A stretch of 64,000 nt of DNA from a virus (Duplodnaviria; Caudoviricetes). A program made the translations under genes and the position numbers. The stretch is from positions 1,976 through 65,975 of IMG/VR virus record IMGVR_UViG_3300025718_000005; one strand, 5' to 3'. Positions 37,251-47,900 of the stretch are shown piece after piece. Numbering within the stretch: the first letter of the stretch is position 1; the number at the start of each line of letters is the position of its first letter. The notes beneath the pieces were generated by a model, which saw nothing but the letters and a program-made list of their open reading frames with translations, searched no databases and was not told where the DNA came from.

Positions 37251-38492
37251 GTGGATGAAGAATTACAGCAACTAAATTCCGGCTATAACAGCCAACTTCA
37301 ACAGTTAAACACCAAAACAAAAGCCATAATAGCCTACTTCCTTCTATATGTCTCCAAAAACGTCCTACAAGGCGACTACGATCAAACTAAGTACAAGTTA
37401 TTAACCGTAGCAACAACCACGCTTAAAACATCAATCGTGAAATTAATACAAGATAACATGCAGCTAGCACTAGAAACTTCTCAGCAAATCACTGATATTT
37501 ACCTAAAATACTTCCAAAACGAGGTTGAAGCCGTTTTAAACTCGAAAAATACAGATAAAACGGCCAAAATGGCTAGTTTGGCAGGTATCATGGTAAAAAT
37601 GAGCGATTCTGATAAGCAAAACGCAATTAACGCGATTGTTAATAAGAAGTGGCCTGATGGATTAGTGGTTATTGATCGTATTAACTTGCTGGGGAATAAG
37701 ATCAAAAAATTTACCGAAAACACTATAATTCAGTCAAATATTATGGGGTTATCGCCTGAAGAAGTAGCCGCTACGCTGAAAAGCAGATTTATTGATGGTG
37801 GTATTGAACAAAGAGCGATGCTCAGACTATCAACTCATACCGTTAATATGGTAAAAGAAAAGGCTTTTGCTGATATTGCTACTAAATCTGATTCCATTAT
37901 CGGTATTCATATTATGAGGTCGCCTACCGGATCGGTTAAGTGTATGATATGCGCAGAACATGCTGGTGAAGTTGGCGGTAATGGCGTAAAATACATGAAA
38001 GAAAATGGAGATATTGATATAATGGCAGAAATGCCACCATACCACAGTAGGTGTTTATGTTATGAAGTGCCGATTTTTGAAGATGCTGATACATTTATTA
38101 AAAATGCGGAAAAAGAGTTTGCAAGTGGAGAAAATAAGGAATATACTACAAATAAATGGGTAGATGCAAATGGTAAAATTAAATGGCCGGATAATGACGG
38201 ATTTCAAGATAACCCGGTAAAAACAGTTCTTCAACCGGGGATGCTAATCGACAGGTACGGAGATGAAAAGGGAAGTTTTGTTTCTCCTAAAGGAACACCT
38301 TATAAAATGCGCTCATTATCACCTGGATCAGAAACTAAAGCGTATCATGTGTATGAAATACTAAAATCGATTGAAGTATTAAGTGGTGAAACTGCGGCAT
38401 GGTTTGACAATCCGGGTGGCGGAACGCAACATAAGTTTAGTAAAAGGATTAAAGACCTTCTAAAAGAGGGGTATATAAGCGAGGTGAAATAA
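37251..38492 (+). CDS. MuF (Mu gpF/SPP1 gp7-like) minor head protein with C-terminal TNT (DUF4237) NAD+ glycohydrolase toxin
   Basis: CMIC...PPYHSRCLC MuF motif; WPDNDGF...IDRYG...FVSP.G.PY..RSL...Y..Y...G..AAWFDNPGGGTQ TNT motif. Confidence 0.88.
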   Translation: MDEELQQLNSGYNSQLQQLNTKTKAIIAYFLLYVSKNVLQGDYDQTKYKLLTVATTTLKTSIVKLIQDNMQLALETSQQITDIYLKYFQNEVEAVLNSKNTDKTAKMASLAGIMVKMSDSDKQNAINAIVNKKWPDGLVVIDRINLLGNKIKKFTENTIIQSNIMGLSPEEVAATLKSRFIDGGIEQRAMLRLSTHTVNMVKEKAFADIATKSDSIIGIHIMRSPTGSVKCMICAEHAGEVGGNGVKYMKENGDIDIMAEMPPYHSRCLCYEVPIFEDADTFIKNAEKEFASGENKEYTTNKWVDANGKIKWPDNDGFQDNPVKTVLQPGMLIDRYGDEKGSFVSPKGTPYKMRSLSPGSETKAYHVYEILKSIEVLSGETAAWFDNPGGGTQHKFSKRIKDLLKEGYISEVK

Positions 38493-38720
38493 ATGACAAA
38501 GCTAGAATTGCAGTCTGTATTAATTAAAAAGAATATAGACACAGCAGATTATTCTCTTAATGGCGGTCTTCCTAATGAAGCATTTTGCCTAAATAAAGTT
38601 GATGGAAAATGGGAAGTGTATTATAGTGAACGAGGGAATAAGACGGGATTAAAGATATTCGACACAGAGGATGGTGCTTGTCAATATTTCTATGATGAAT
38701 TTACATGGGAAAACAACTAA
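38493..38720 (+). CDS. Cognate immunity protein of the TNT toxin
   Basis: 75 aa directly downstream; WEVYYSERG...FDTEDGAC pattern typical of genes that follow TNT domains. Confidence 0.75.
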   Translation: MTKLELQSVLIKKNIDTADYSLNGGLPNEAFCLNKVDGKWEVYYSERGNKTGLKIFDTEDGACQYFYDEFTWENN

Positions 38721-38756
38721 CCGCCAAGCGTAAATGCAAGGCGGTTTTGTTATGCC
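38719..38756 (+). terminator. Intrinsic terminator + TTATGCC
   Basis: AACCGCC...GGCGGTT, T-tract, TTATGCC 38750-38756. Confidence 0.7.
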
Positions 38757-38818
38757 CGATTTTAAAGAAAGAGGAAGGTGGTCACTGTGAGCAATTGCAG
38801 TCAATGAGTCTCTAACTG

Positions 38819-38852
38819 GCGACTGTCTGACGATAGTCGCTTTTCTTATGCC
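38819..38852 (+). terminator. Second intrinsic terminator + TTATGCC
   Basis: GCGACTGTC-tgac-GATAGTCGC, T-tract, TTATGCC 38846-38852. Confidence 0.7.
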
Positions 38853-38883
38853 TTATTTTGGTAAAAGGGGGTGAAAAAGAAAA

Positions 38884-40014
38884 TTGACAGTACAAAGATT
38901 TGATAAAATAGAAATAAAAGCCATAAAAACCATTGAAGGTTATGTGGAAGATAGCCCGATCATAGGTCGAACAGGTTTGCTTAAATATATGCAAGCTGAT
39001 GGATCGACTAGGTACGAATACCGCCCCGATTCGGAGGCCTTTTCAATTGAAAGTCTAGCCAGCATTCGCGGCAAGCCCGTAACAATCGGTCATCCTGGGT
39101 TAGTTCGAGCTGATAACATATCTGCCGTTAAGCCTATTGGTACAGTGCTTAGCGAAGGCAAGCAGGATGGTAATAATATCCGCGCTGACATTGTTATTTA
39201 CAATCTTGATACAAAAGACAGGGAATTATCATGTGGCTATACGGTTGATCTTGACGAAACGCCGGGTGTATTTGATGGGATTGCTTATTCAGCTATTCAA
39301 AGGAATGTAAAATACAATCATCTAGCGATTGTTAAAAAAGGTCGTGCTGGAGAAGAAGCCCGTCTCAACATGGATTCTATGGACCAAATATACGAAGAAG
39401 AAAAGGAGCCTGAACAAATGGAAAAACTTAAACTGGATAATGGTATAGCTTACGATGCTTCACCTGAGGTAATCGTCGCATACAACCAACTCAAAGTTGA
39501 TAATGCCGACCTAACAAAGAAAGTAACCGAAACAAAAACTGCCGCAGAAATTGCCGCTAAAAAAGCACAGGCCGAAATGGATGCCAAAGATGCGAAATGC
39601 GACACGCTCAAAGCGCAAGTGGATAAAAACGCTGGCGATCTTGAAAAAGTCAAGAAAGATGCTGCTGACTCAATCCAAGCTGCTGTAACCGCTAGAATTG
39701 AAATGCTGAAAGTTGCTGATAAATTCAAACTTGATAAGGCAGATGAGCTATCCGACAAGGATATCAAGCTGGCCGTAATTAAAACGGTTCGCGGTGATGG
39801 CATGGATTTAACCGGCAAGTCTGATGATTATATCCAAGCGTCCTTTGATATGTGCAAAGAAGATTCTGTGACGCGAGCTGATGCGATGGCGGAGCAACGC
39901 AAAAAAGCCAATGACAAGTTGAAACAAGATAAAGGCGAAGCGCAAACGTCAGATGAAGCCCGCCAAAAAATGATTGACCAAACTAAAAACGCTTACTTAG
40001 GAGGTAAAAAATAA
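38884..40014 (+). CDS. DUF2213 head maturation protease/scaffold
   Basis: EYRPDSEAF..ESLAS, KPVTIGHP, RELSCGY, YNHLAIV..GRAG. Confidence 0.88.
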   Translation: MTVQRFDKIEIKAIKTIEGYVEDSPIIGRTGLLKYMQADGSTRYEYRPDSEAFSIESLASIRGKPVTIGHPGLVRADNISAVKPIGTVLSEGKQDGNNIRADIVIYNLDTKDRELSCGYTVDLDETPGVFDGIAYSAIQRNVKYNHLAIVKKGRAGEEARLNMDSMDQIYEEEKEPEQMEKLKLDNGIAYDASPEVIVAYNQLKVDNADLTKKVTETKTAAEIAAKKAQAEMDAKDAKCDTLKAQVDKNAGDLEKVKKDAADSIQAAVTARIEMLKVADKFKLDKADELSDKDIKLAVIKTVRGDGMDLTGKSDDYIQASFDMCKEDSVTRADAMAEQRKKANDKLKQDKGEAQTSDEARQKMIDQTKNAYLGGKK

Positions 40015-40487
40015 TGCAACTATCTTATAACATGAACATGGGTACTGCCATTGCTGGCACGATCTATGATAATTCCCCGCGAACTATTGATTCGCTTATT
40101 GCCGAGGGTACTATTGGGCTAGGCAATGGCGTTATTGCTGGTACTAACCCACAAACTCAGGCAATTGTTCCTACTGCTACGTTCACCGCTGGCTTTAAAG
40201 GGGTGGCACTATTGCAGGCTAAAGAACAGAATCTTGACGGTACTGTTACCTTTAAGGCTAAAGAAACCGTTCCTGTCCTGCGCAAAGGTCGCGCTAACGT
40301 GCCCTTTATCAGTGGGCAGGCAATCGTCGCTGAAACTGCCGCTTATCTAGTATTTAGCGGTGTAGATGCGGGTAAATGGACTAATGCTACTGGTGCTAGT
40401 ACTACTGCTGTCGCTGTGACCGGTGCTAAGTTTATTAACTCAAATTCAAGTGCAACTGGTGGCGTAGTAGCTATCGAGTTAGCGTAA
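40014..40487 (+). CDS. Head decoration/cement protein
   Basis: Position between scaffold and capsid; beta-rich, VLRKGR motif. Confidence 0.7.
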   Translation: MQLSYNMNMGTAIAGTIYDNSPRTIDSLIAEGTIGLGNGVIAGTNPQTQAIVPTATFTAGFKGVALLQAKEQNLDGTVTFKAKETVPVLRKGRANVPFISGQAIVAETAAYLVFSGVDAGKWTNATGASTTAVAVTGAKFINSNSSATGGVVAIELA

Positions 40488-40503
40488 AGGGAGGATTAAA
40501 TAC

Positions 40504-41487
40504 ATGCAAGAAAGATATGATGAAAACACCCTAAACTACATTATGTCCACAGGTCGCTATGATGCCAATGAAGGGCTATTCATGGCTAAAGAGTTGGAGA
40601 AGATCAAAACCAAGTCCTATGATGTTCTCTACCCGGAGTTTACAGCTACTAAAAACATTCCCGTTTCAACTGATGCTGGCCCTGGTGCCGAAACAATTAC
40701 TTATTTCCAATATGATTCTGTAGGTGTTGCCAAAATTATTTCTAATTATGGCACCGATACACCGCGGATTGATTTGGTTGGTAAAAAGTTCACTTCTGAC
40801 ATTAAAGGCGTGGCTGATAGTTACGGCTATTCAATCCAAGATGTTAGAGCCGCACGAATGGCGGGTAAACCATTAGAACAACGCAAGGCCAATGCCGCTA
40901 GAAAGGCAATTGACCAGGAAATTAACCGTATTGCCTATTTTGGTGATGCCGCCAATGGGTTGAATGGTTTGTTTACCCATCCGAACGTTACGGCTTATGT
41001 CCTACCAACTGATGGCGTACTAAATGGTGCTGTTGCTGGTACTGCAGCTGCCACCAAGTTCGTGAATAAAACTCCTGACCAGGTACTACGTGATCTTAAT
41101 GGCATGGTAGACGGTATTGTTTCGCTGACGAAGGGAGTTGAGACTCCTAATACTATGTTGATTACTCATAAAACAAATGGAGATTTGACATCCCGTCCAC
41201 GTGCTACAACTTCTGATACAACGATCCTTGCTTTTTTTCTTGCTAATAACCCTTATATCAAAAATGTTGAAGTTGTTCCCGAAGCGCAAGGTGCTGGCAC
41301 TGGTGGTACTGATTTAATTGTTATGTACAATAAAAACCCTGATAAATTGACCTTGGAGATTCCTCAAATGTTCGAGCAGTTCCCTCCACAACTAGAAGGG
41401 CTTGAAACTGTAGTTATCTGTCACGCGAGATGCGGTGGAGTTATCATTTATTACCCATTGTCCGTAATTAAAGCTGAAGGCTGCTAA
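40504..41487 (+). CDS. Major capsid protein (DUF2184 family)
   Basis: GAETITYFQYD.VG.A, YGYSIQD, IAYFGD...GLFTHPN. Confidence 0.9.
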   Translation: MQERYDENTLNYIMSTGRYDANEGLFMAKELEKIKTKSYDVLYPEFTATKNIPVSTDAGPGAETITYFQYDSVGVAKIISNYGTDTPRIDLVGKKFTSDIKGVADSYGYSIQDVRAARMAGKPLEQRKANAARKAIDQEINRIAYFGDAANGLNGLFTHPNVTAYVLPTDGVLNGAVAGTAAATKFVNKTPDQVLRDLNGMVDGIVSLTKGVETPNTMLITHKTNGDLTSRPRATTSDTTILAFFLANNPYIKNVEVVPEAQGAGTGGTDLIVMYNKNPDKLTLEIPQMFEQFPPQLEGLETVVICHARCGGVIIYYPLSVIKAEGC

Positions 41488-41557
41488 TTTCCGTTTTCAA
41501 GCGAGGGCGGCTTTGGATGCCCTCTTTCCCTATTTTTAAATTGAAAGGATGTCATTT

Positions 41558-41779
41558 ATGAGTAAATATATTAATCAGTCCGAACGTGTTCACATTATTG
41601 GAGAAAAGTTTTCTATCCCTGGTGGTGAAGCAATTGAATTAACCGCAGATGAAGAGTCTAATCCAATGATCAAGCAGTATATTGCTGATGGCAAGTTGGT
41701 AAAAGTCCCTGAAGCTGTTGCTGAAGTTACTACTGACAATACCGACTCCAACGATGCAAATGCAAAAGGTAAAAAATAG
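41558..41779 (+). CDS. Small head-associated protein
   Basis: Position after the capsid gene; RBS GAAAGGA. Confidence 0.55.
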   Translation: MSKYINQSERVHIIGEKFSIPGGEAIELTADEESNPMIKQYIADGKLVKVPEAVAEVTTDNTDSNDANAKGKK

Positions 41780-41794
41780 ATTCGAGGTGTTACC

Positions 41795-42076
41795 ATGACG
41801 GAATCTGATGCACTGACGCAATTAAAACGTCAGTGCAAAGTTTTATCTAAAGTCATGACAGATGATGAACTAATCGGATTCTTGAATGACTACAAGGCAG
41901 GCGTTGATTACGATGTTAGGCGGAGCATCTACCATGCCCTCACTTCAGCAATTACTGTCATGGATCAAATAATGAAGCGTGGTGGCGTAGATAGCACTAA
42001 GGCTGACCTATTAGAGATTCGCAAGATGTTTAGGCCGAGGGGAGTTGTTTCTGTTGTCGTACGTGATATTTCCTGA
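41795..42076 (+). CDS. Head-tail connector protein (putative)
   Basis: Position and size. Confidence 0.55.
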   Translation: MTESDALTQLKRQCKVLSKVMTDDELIGFLNDYKAGVDYDVRRSIYHALTSAITVMDQIMKRGGVDSTKADLLEIRKMFRPRGVVSVVVRDIS

Positions 42077-42362
42077 GTCTAAACAGATGACGGTTCAAAA
42101 AATGGGGACTATTCAAAATGATATGGGCGAGATAATCCCTGATTGGATAGATGATTATATTATTAGTGGCGAAATATGGCCCCTACAAGGCAATTACAAG
42201 CGTAATGAAATGGGCGTTACAGAGAAAAGTACTCATAAACTTTTCACGACTGATGCTGTCAAGAGTAATACGCTGCTAATTGCTGATAGTGGGGTGTACT
42301 TGACTGGGTATGTGCAAGACTGGGGCACTCATCGAGAGGTTATTTTGGAGTTGGTGCTCTGA
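42063..42362 (+). CDS. Head-tail adaptor/stopper (putative)
   Basis: NDMGEII..W...THKLFT pattern; position. Confidence 0.65.
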   Translation: MIFPESKQMTVQKMGTIQNDMGEIIPDWIDDYIISGEIWPLQGNYKRNEMGVTEKSTHKLFTTDAVKSNTLLIADSGVYLTGYVQDWGTHREVILELVL

Positions 42363-42757
42363 TGGATATTGGACAAGGTAGTTTAATTGCCGGGATGAAC
42401 GCTTTTAAAATGGCAATGGTAGCTGAAACGGTTATCGCTGTAGATAATACGGCTAAAAACATTGTCGCATACGCTAAGCTGACTCATGGCATGCAAGGTG
42501 GGGTTACTAGTGGCGCAGGTAAAAACGTCTTTCAGAATCAGACCTACGACCTTGAAACGAGTATTTATAGCGAAGCACCAAAGGTTAATGGTAATGTAAT
42601 TGAGACTAATGTACGTGCCACTATGGATTATGCTGAAGCTATAGAGTTTGGTAGTTCGACCAATAGGCCCTACCCATTTGTAAAGCCTTCAGTAGAGGCG
42701 AATGCAAAGGTATTAACCCTTGAATTAAGACTGGCATCAGTAAGAGCAAGTAGGTGA
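42362..42757 (+). CDS. HK97 gp10-like tail completion protein
   Basis: YAEAIEFGSS...YPFVKPS motif. Confidence 0.75.
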   Translation: MDIGQGSLIAGMNAFKMAMVAETVIAVDNTAKNIVAYAKLTHGMQGGVTSGAGKNVFQNQTYDLETSIYSEAPKVNGNVIETNVRATMDYAEAIEFGSSTNRPYPFVKPSVEANAKVLTLELRLASVRASR

Positions 42758-42761
42758 TAAT

Positions 42762-43139
42762 ATGAAATCAGTAAAAGTGGATATATTTACAGCATTAAAA
42801 GCGAGTACCACTCTACTGGCACTGGTCGGATCTGATACAAGTGGTATTAAGCAAATATTTTCAGCTTATCCGGCATCGACAGCAGTTTATCCGTGTGTAG
42901 GATTTTATCGTATAAGCGGACAGGCAGGAACGGTAGATGGTAAGATATCTAAAAATAAAGATGAACTATACTCTATTGATGTTTTTTCAAAGTCGATGAC
43001 TACTGCTGAAGATATTGAAATGGCAATCGACGATGCTATGAATACCCTTGACTACGTAATCACTGCTGAACATGCATCAGATCTGTTCGAGGAAACAACA
43101 AAAATCCATCATAAGCCATTAAGATATAGATTCAAATAA
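42762..43139 (+). CDS. Tail terminator (DUF3168-like)
   Basis: YPCV.F...YSIDVFS...HHK..RY pattern; position. Confidence 0.7.
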   Translation: MKSVKVDIFTALKASTTLLALVGSDTSGIKQIFSAYPASTAVYPCVGFYRISGQAGTVDGKISKNKDELYSIDVFSKSMTTAEDIEMAIDDAMNTLDYVITAEHASDLFEETTKIHHKPLRYRFK

Positions 43140-43156
43140 AAATAGGAGTTGAGTAT

Positions 43157-43753
43157 ATGACGTTAGCAAAATCAAGTGGAGTCGTTGGTGTAAAGAACCT
43201 AAAAGTAACTCAGTTATTGACTGATGAAGAGGGCGCCGCTCCAACTTTTGATACTCCCAATAAAATCAGTATTTTGGGTATTAAATCCCTTAAAATGTCT
43301 AAAAAAACTAAGGAAGTTGAGTCCAGAGGAGATGAACGACTAAGAGACAAAGAAACGTCTTTTGATAGTCTTGATATTTCGTGGGAAAATGAAGAAATCC
43401 CAATGGATGCTATTGTAATGATTGCTGGTGAGGCCCCAATAGTTCATACAGTTGCTACTACTGGCGCAGAGGGCACTCCTGAAATGAATCAAATTATTGA
43501 GTCGTCTGACGCAGTAGGTAACTACTTTAAAATTGAATGCGATTCTAAGCGGGGCAGTAAAGGCAAAGGTGTTAAAAATGTTGGCGTAGAGATATTTAAA
43601 GTACAAGGCAGTTTAAGTTATGATTTTGTAGGTGAGGGGTTCGCAGTTTGCTCGTTTAAAGGAACGGCTTTTGCTTGTGAAGGTACGATTGCTGGAGTAG
43701 AGCACCCATACCGCAGACTTACTTTTGCTGATGGCGCGATCACATACGCATAA
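43157..43753 (+). CDS. Major tail tube protein
   Basis: GVKNLKV..L.TD...F; position before the chaperone and tape measure genes. Confidence 0.75.
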   Translation: MTLAKSSGVVGVKNLKVTQLLTDEEGAAPTFDTPNKISILGIKSLKMSKKTKEVESRGDERLRDKETSFDSLDISWENEEIPMDAIVMIAGEAPIVHTVATTGAEGTPEMNQIIESSDAVGNYFKIECDSKRGSKGKGVKNVGVEIFKVQGSLSYDFVGEGFAVCSFKGTAFACEGTIAGVEHPYRRLTFADGAITYA

Positions 43754-43756
43754 TTG

Positions 43757-43787
43757 ATAGGCAGGGGAGCACCTGCCTATTCTTTTT
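43757..43787 (+). terminator. Terminator after the major tail gene
   Basis: ATAGGCAGG...CCTGCCTAT + T-tract. Confidence 0.7.
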
Positions 43788-43801
43788 ATAAGGAGGATAA
43801 A

Positions 43802-44254
43802 ATGAAAATTACGGAGCTTTTTCCTGAACTACCGGCTGTAATGTTAAATAGCAAAGAATACGAACTGAAGTTTGCCACCAGAGCAATATTGCAGCTTGAA
43901 ATAGAATACCCTGACCAAGCTATTGAAGGTGGGATAATAACATCACAGGAACGAATATTAAACGCCTTAAATAGCGGGTTTACTCGAATGAAAACCGCAG
44001 ACCTAGTTAATTTGCTACACGCTGGGCTAGCCCATACAAAAGCCTTCAATAAAGAAACCTTAATCGATGCTATGCAGCCTTATGATTTCCCCCTTTATAT
44101 TAATCACATTATAACCGCTTACCAATTATCTAAATCAACACCAGAACAGCTGGAGAAGATGGAAGTCATGGCGCAGGCGAATAAGTCAAAAAAAAAGATG
44201 GAGAAAGGGACTACGGTTCCGAATACGCCTACTACCGTATTGAATGTGGATTAA
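43802..44254 (+). CDS. Tail assembly chaperone (gpG-like)
   Basis: YELKF.TRAILQLE; position before the tape measure gene. Confidence 0.75.
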   Translation: MKITELFPELPAVMLNSKEYELKFATRAILQLEIEYPDQAIEGGIITSQERILNALNSGFTRMKTADLVNLLHAGLAHTKAFNKETLIDAMQPYDFPLYINHIITAYQLSKSTPEQLEKMEVMAQANKSKKKMEKGTTVPNTPTTVLNVD

Positions 44255-44367
44255 GTAAAGATGAATATCTGGACAGTACTGAGCGTGAGTTGATGGCCCT
44301 GTCGATTGGCAATAGTGAGATGAACGGCGCAAAGACTGAGTATGATGACATCACGGAATTCTTATAA
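44188..44367 (+). CDS. -1 frameshift extension of the tail chaperone (gpGT-like)
   Basis: A9-G slippery run 44188-44197; -1 frame open to TAA 44367 (DGERDYGSEYAYYRIECGLSKDEYLDSTERELMAL...). Confidence 0.75.
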   Translation, partial: KKKDGERDYGSEYAYYRIECGLSKDEYLDSTERELMALSIGNSEMNGAKTEYDDITEFL

Positions 44368-44403
44368 TAAAAACCGCCTTCAGCTTGAAAGCGGTTTTAG
44401 TGG

Positions 44404-44892
44404 TTATTGAGGGTACTTATCTTTTATTGATTGGTTTAATTCCTTTGTTTTGTCGGCTATTTTGGTGTATAAGCCAGAAATTACATTGCCCATTAAATAT
44501 TTATTTCCGGGTTCCTGGTATTTAGCCATAACGTCTGGGTATTTTTCTATATAGCCTTTACAAATACTACCTGCCCCGAATAAGAAAATATCTGGACTTG
44601 ATATTTTTAATCCCCAAAGAGAGGCTGTATCAGTGTATATAGTTAGTATGTTATCAAATTTTCCATTGAATTCTCCATCAGGATAATTTTCTGAGTACAT
44701 TTTTGTTGCAACATATAGCCCTTGCTTAATGTCTTGGAAGTCGTGGTATGAAACCCCTGATTCTAGCTTAAAACGTGCTTCTGTAAATTTAGTAAGTAGT
44801 TGTTTTGTATCCTGCTCCGGTTGAGAAGACGCAAACACGGTATTGCAAACTAAGATCATTAACAAAAATGCTATTGACAGTATTTTGTTCAT
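44404..44892 (-). CDS. Exported moron protein
   Basis: Signal-peptide-like N-terminus; opposite strand; own RBS; bidirectional terminator at 44370-44398. Confidence 0.7.
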   Translation of the reverse strand: MNKILSIAFLLMILVCNTVFASSQPEQDTKQLLTKFTEARFKLESGVSYHDFQDIKQGLYVATKMYSENYPDGEFNGKFDNILTIYTDTASLWGLKISSPDIFLFGAGSICKGYIEKYPDVMAKYQEPGNKYLMGNVISGLYTKIADKTKELNQSIKDKYPQ

Positions 44893-44993
44893 TAGGGCAA
44901 CTCCTTATATTTTAATAGTTAATTTAGTACTACCACAGTTAGTCAAAATATTCCTGCTATTTTTAAAATATTTTCCGAATTGGAGGTGATCGA

Positions 44994-47900
44994 ATGGCAG
45001 ATGGAACAAGTGTGGGCGGGATAGTTGCCCCAGTACAGGCAGATATAACCGATTTTATGCGTAAATTTGACCAAGTGAATGAGAAAACTAATGTTGTGAG
45101 TAACAACATTATTAGTAGATTAGATATGATTAGTCGCGCCCTTCATGATGTTGGTGCTCAGGGGTTAGATCTGAAAATACCTACAGGCACTACGAATGAA
45201 CTCTCTCGCACGTTACAGATGACGGATGGTATTAAACAATCCAAACAACAAATAGCGGCTATTGACCGTAATTTATTTGAGCAGCTACAAAAAAATAACG
45301 GCATGGAAAATACGAGAACTGGCGAGCTAAGAAGACAAAAATCGGAGATTGAAGGACAGCTTGGTGCGCTTAAAACTCAAAAAGAAGTTCACGATTCTGT
45401 TGGAAAATCAATATTTGCAAATAATGCGTTTTTACAACAGATGAAAGGTCACCTAACTTGGATGGCAACCGGTGGCGCTGTGATGGCATTGATTGGTGCG
45501 CCAGCTATAGCTATTAAAACAATTGCTGACGTTGAGCAACAAATGGCGGGTATGCTTCAAACATTACCTAGTTTGTATCTAAAGACCGCTGACGGGATAC
45601 AGACACATACCGTCAATCAGGCAGCCTTAAATAGTGTCACTCAGCAGTTTATCGGCATTGCATCTCAATATGGATTTGAAGTTGATAAGGTTGTTGAAGC
45701 TGGTAAGCTTTGGAGCCGTGGATACAAAGATGTTGGCGATGTAATGAAACTCACAGGAGTTAGTACAAAACTGGCAATTGCCGATATGATGGATGTAACA
45801 CTTGCTAATAGAGCGGTAGAAGCAACCGTGAGTGGGTATAAACGTCAAGGAGATGCGGTAGCGTTCTCTAACCATATTGTAGATTCGTTTACCAATGTTG
45901 CCCATAATGCTCAAAGTTCAGCTACTGACCTAGCTGAAAGCTTGCTAAGGTCTGCTTCAGCCGCTAATGTTGTTGGTATATCGTTCGATACAGTTACGGC
46001 ACTGGCAAGCACTATGATTAAAAATACAGGGCAATCCGGGGCTATAGTAGGAAATAGTTTAAAAAATATTTTCTCAACTTTAGATAGCAAAAAAGGTCGT
46101 GCTGCTCTTGAAGATTTAGGAATCGGCATGTACAAGCTTGATACTGATGGAACAAAACATCTACGCAATATGGAAAATGTTATTGTCGATATTATGCTTG
46201 CTGTTTCAGGGACGAATAAAAGTTTACAAAAAGACTTTGAAGGACTAAGTTCTAAATTCCAATGGGGTAGAGCCGCCGCATTATTCGGTGATTATGCCGA
46301 GTTTATTAAAAACTATAATCTATCAATAAATTCTGCTGGCGTAGCTGATCAACAGGTACAGGCTCAACTTGATACTATTAACCGTAAGGTAGAGCAGATC
46401 AAGGCTAACATGACAGGTGCTTTGATGGGGCCTGCTAGTGCTGGTCTGGGTCAATATATAAAAGATTGGCTTGATGGCATTAATATGTTTGTCAAAGGAT
46501 TACAACAAGTGCCAACAGAAGCTTTTGTTGTCATTGGCAAAATGACAGAAGTTGCGGTATCGATATTTGCGGTAAGCAAATTTATAGGGCTGTTATCGGC
46601 GGGGTTTGCCGGGCTATCAATATTCGCCGGCACTAGCGCAGTAGCATTAGAAGTTGAAGCTGTAGCGGCGACTGAAGCGGCGGTAGCTACGACCGCATTA
46701 GGTGGTGCAGTAACATTCGCTACTGGTGGGTTAAACTTAGTTTTAGCGGCTATTATCGCAGCTGGGATTGGCGCTACTATTTACGCTACTAATGTCGGTG
46801 AAGCAGTTAATGCAATTGATAAAGAACGTCAAGCAACTGCCGACTCCATTGCAACTAAAGAATCTCAGATTGCTATGAATGCTAAACAAACTGAATTTAT
46901 TGGAACACTCGGTAATGCCTATGTTAATCTACAAGAAAAATTAGTAGGTGTTCAGGGCGATGAAGCTAAGACTGCTGAAATTAATAAAAATATTGGGGCC
47001 ACTCATGAGGAATTAGCAAAAATAGTTGGCAAGACTACCGCTGACAGGGTACTCGCTTCCGATGATATCAAAGGCGCGATAACCCAAGAACAAAAAGTAC
47101 ACGCCCAAAAAGCAACTGAGATGCAATCGGTAATGGATGATTTAGTAGGCAAGCAAAGAGCGTTGACGAGCGCGGCCATCGATGAGTGTAATGAGCGGAT
47201 TAAAGCAATAAACCATGAAGCAGATGCAACATATACTGCTGCGCAATCTATCAGCGCATCACTCGGCATGATATCAGGAGCCATGTACTCATACTATAAG
47301 GGTAAAGCTGAATCAGCTACTCAAAGCGCTAATACGTTAGAAGCAATTAATGCTGAAAGTGCAAATATGCCCTGGTACGCTAAAGTTGGTATGGCTCTGA
47401 ATAATTCCGATTTAAACGATGCTGGTATGTCTACAAATACTGAAGAATTACGGCAACAAGCTAATCAAGCCAATGCTAACGCGGCGGCGATAGAGCAGAA
47501 AGCTAAAACAGTTGAAGAATCCAAAAAACTTACACTAATGACTGATCTTTATAAACGTGGTACTGGTGGTAATACCCGTACCGGTGGCGATGTGGTCTCC
47601 CCGGACTCACCTGGTAAAACAAAAGGTGCCGGAGGTAATAATGTTGACCCTACCCAAAGTATGGAAAATCGCCTACAGCGTGATGGAAATCAAGAGAAGA
47701 AAAATGATCTATTACTGCAGGCTAAAATATCGGCGGATAATTACGCTACAGCATTAGATGATGTTACTGTAAAAGAATCATTATTCGGCGTTACTACAGC
47801 AACTACTGCAGAACGTGCAAAAGTAAAAACCGATAGGGTAGTAGAATTAATAGGGGAGCAAAAAAAATACTCAGACCAGATGGATGATCTTCATGCCCAG

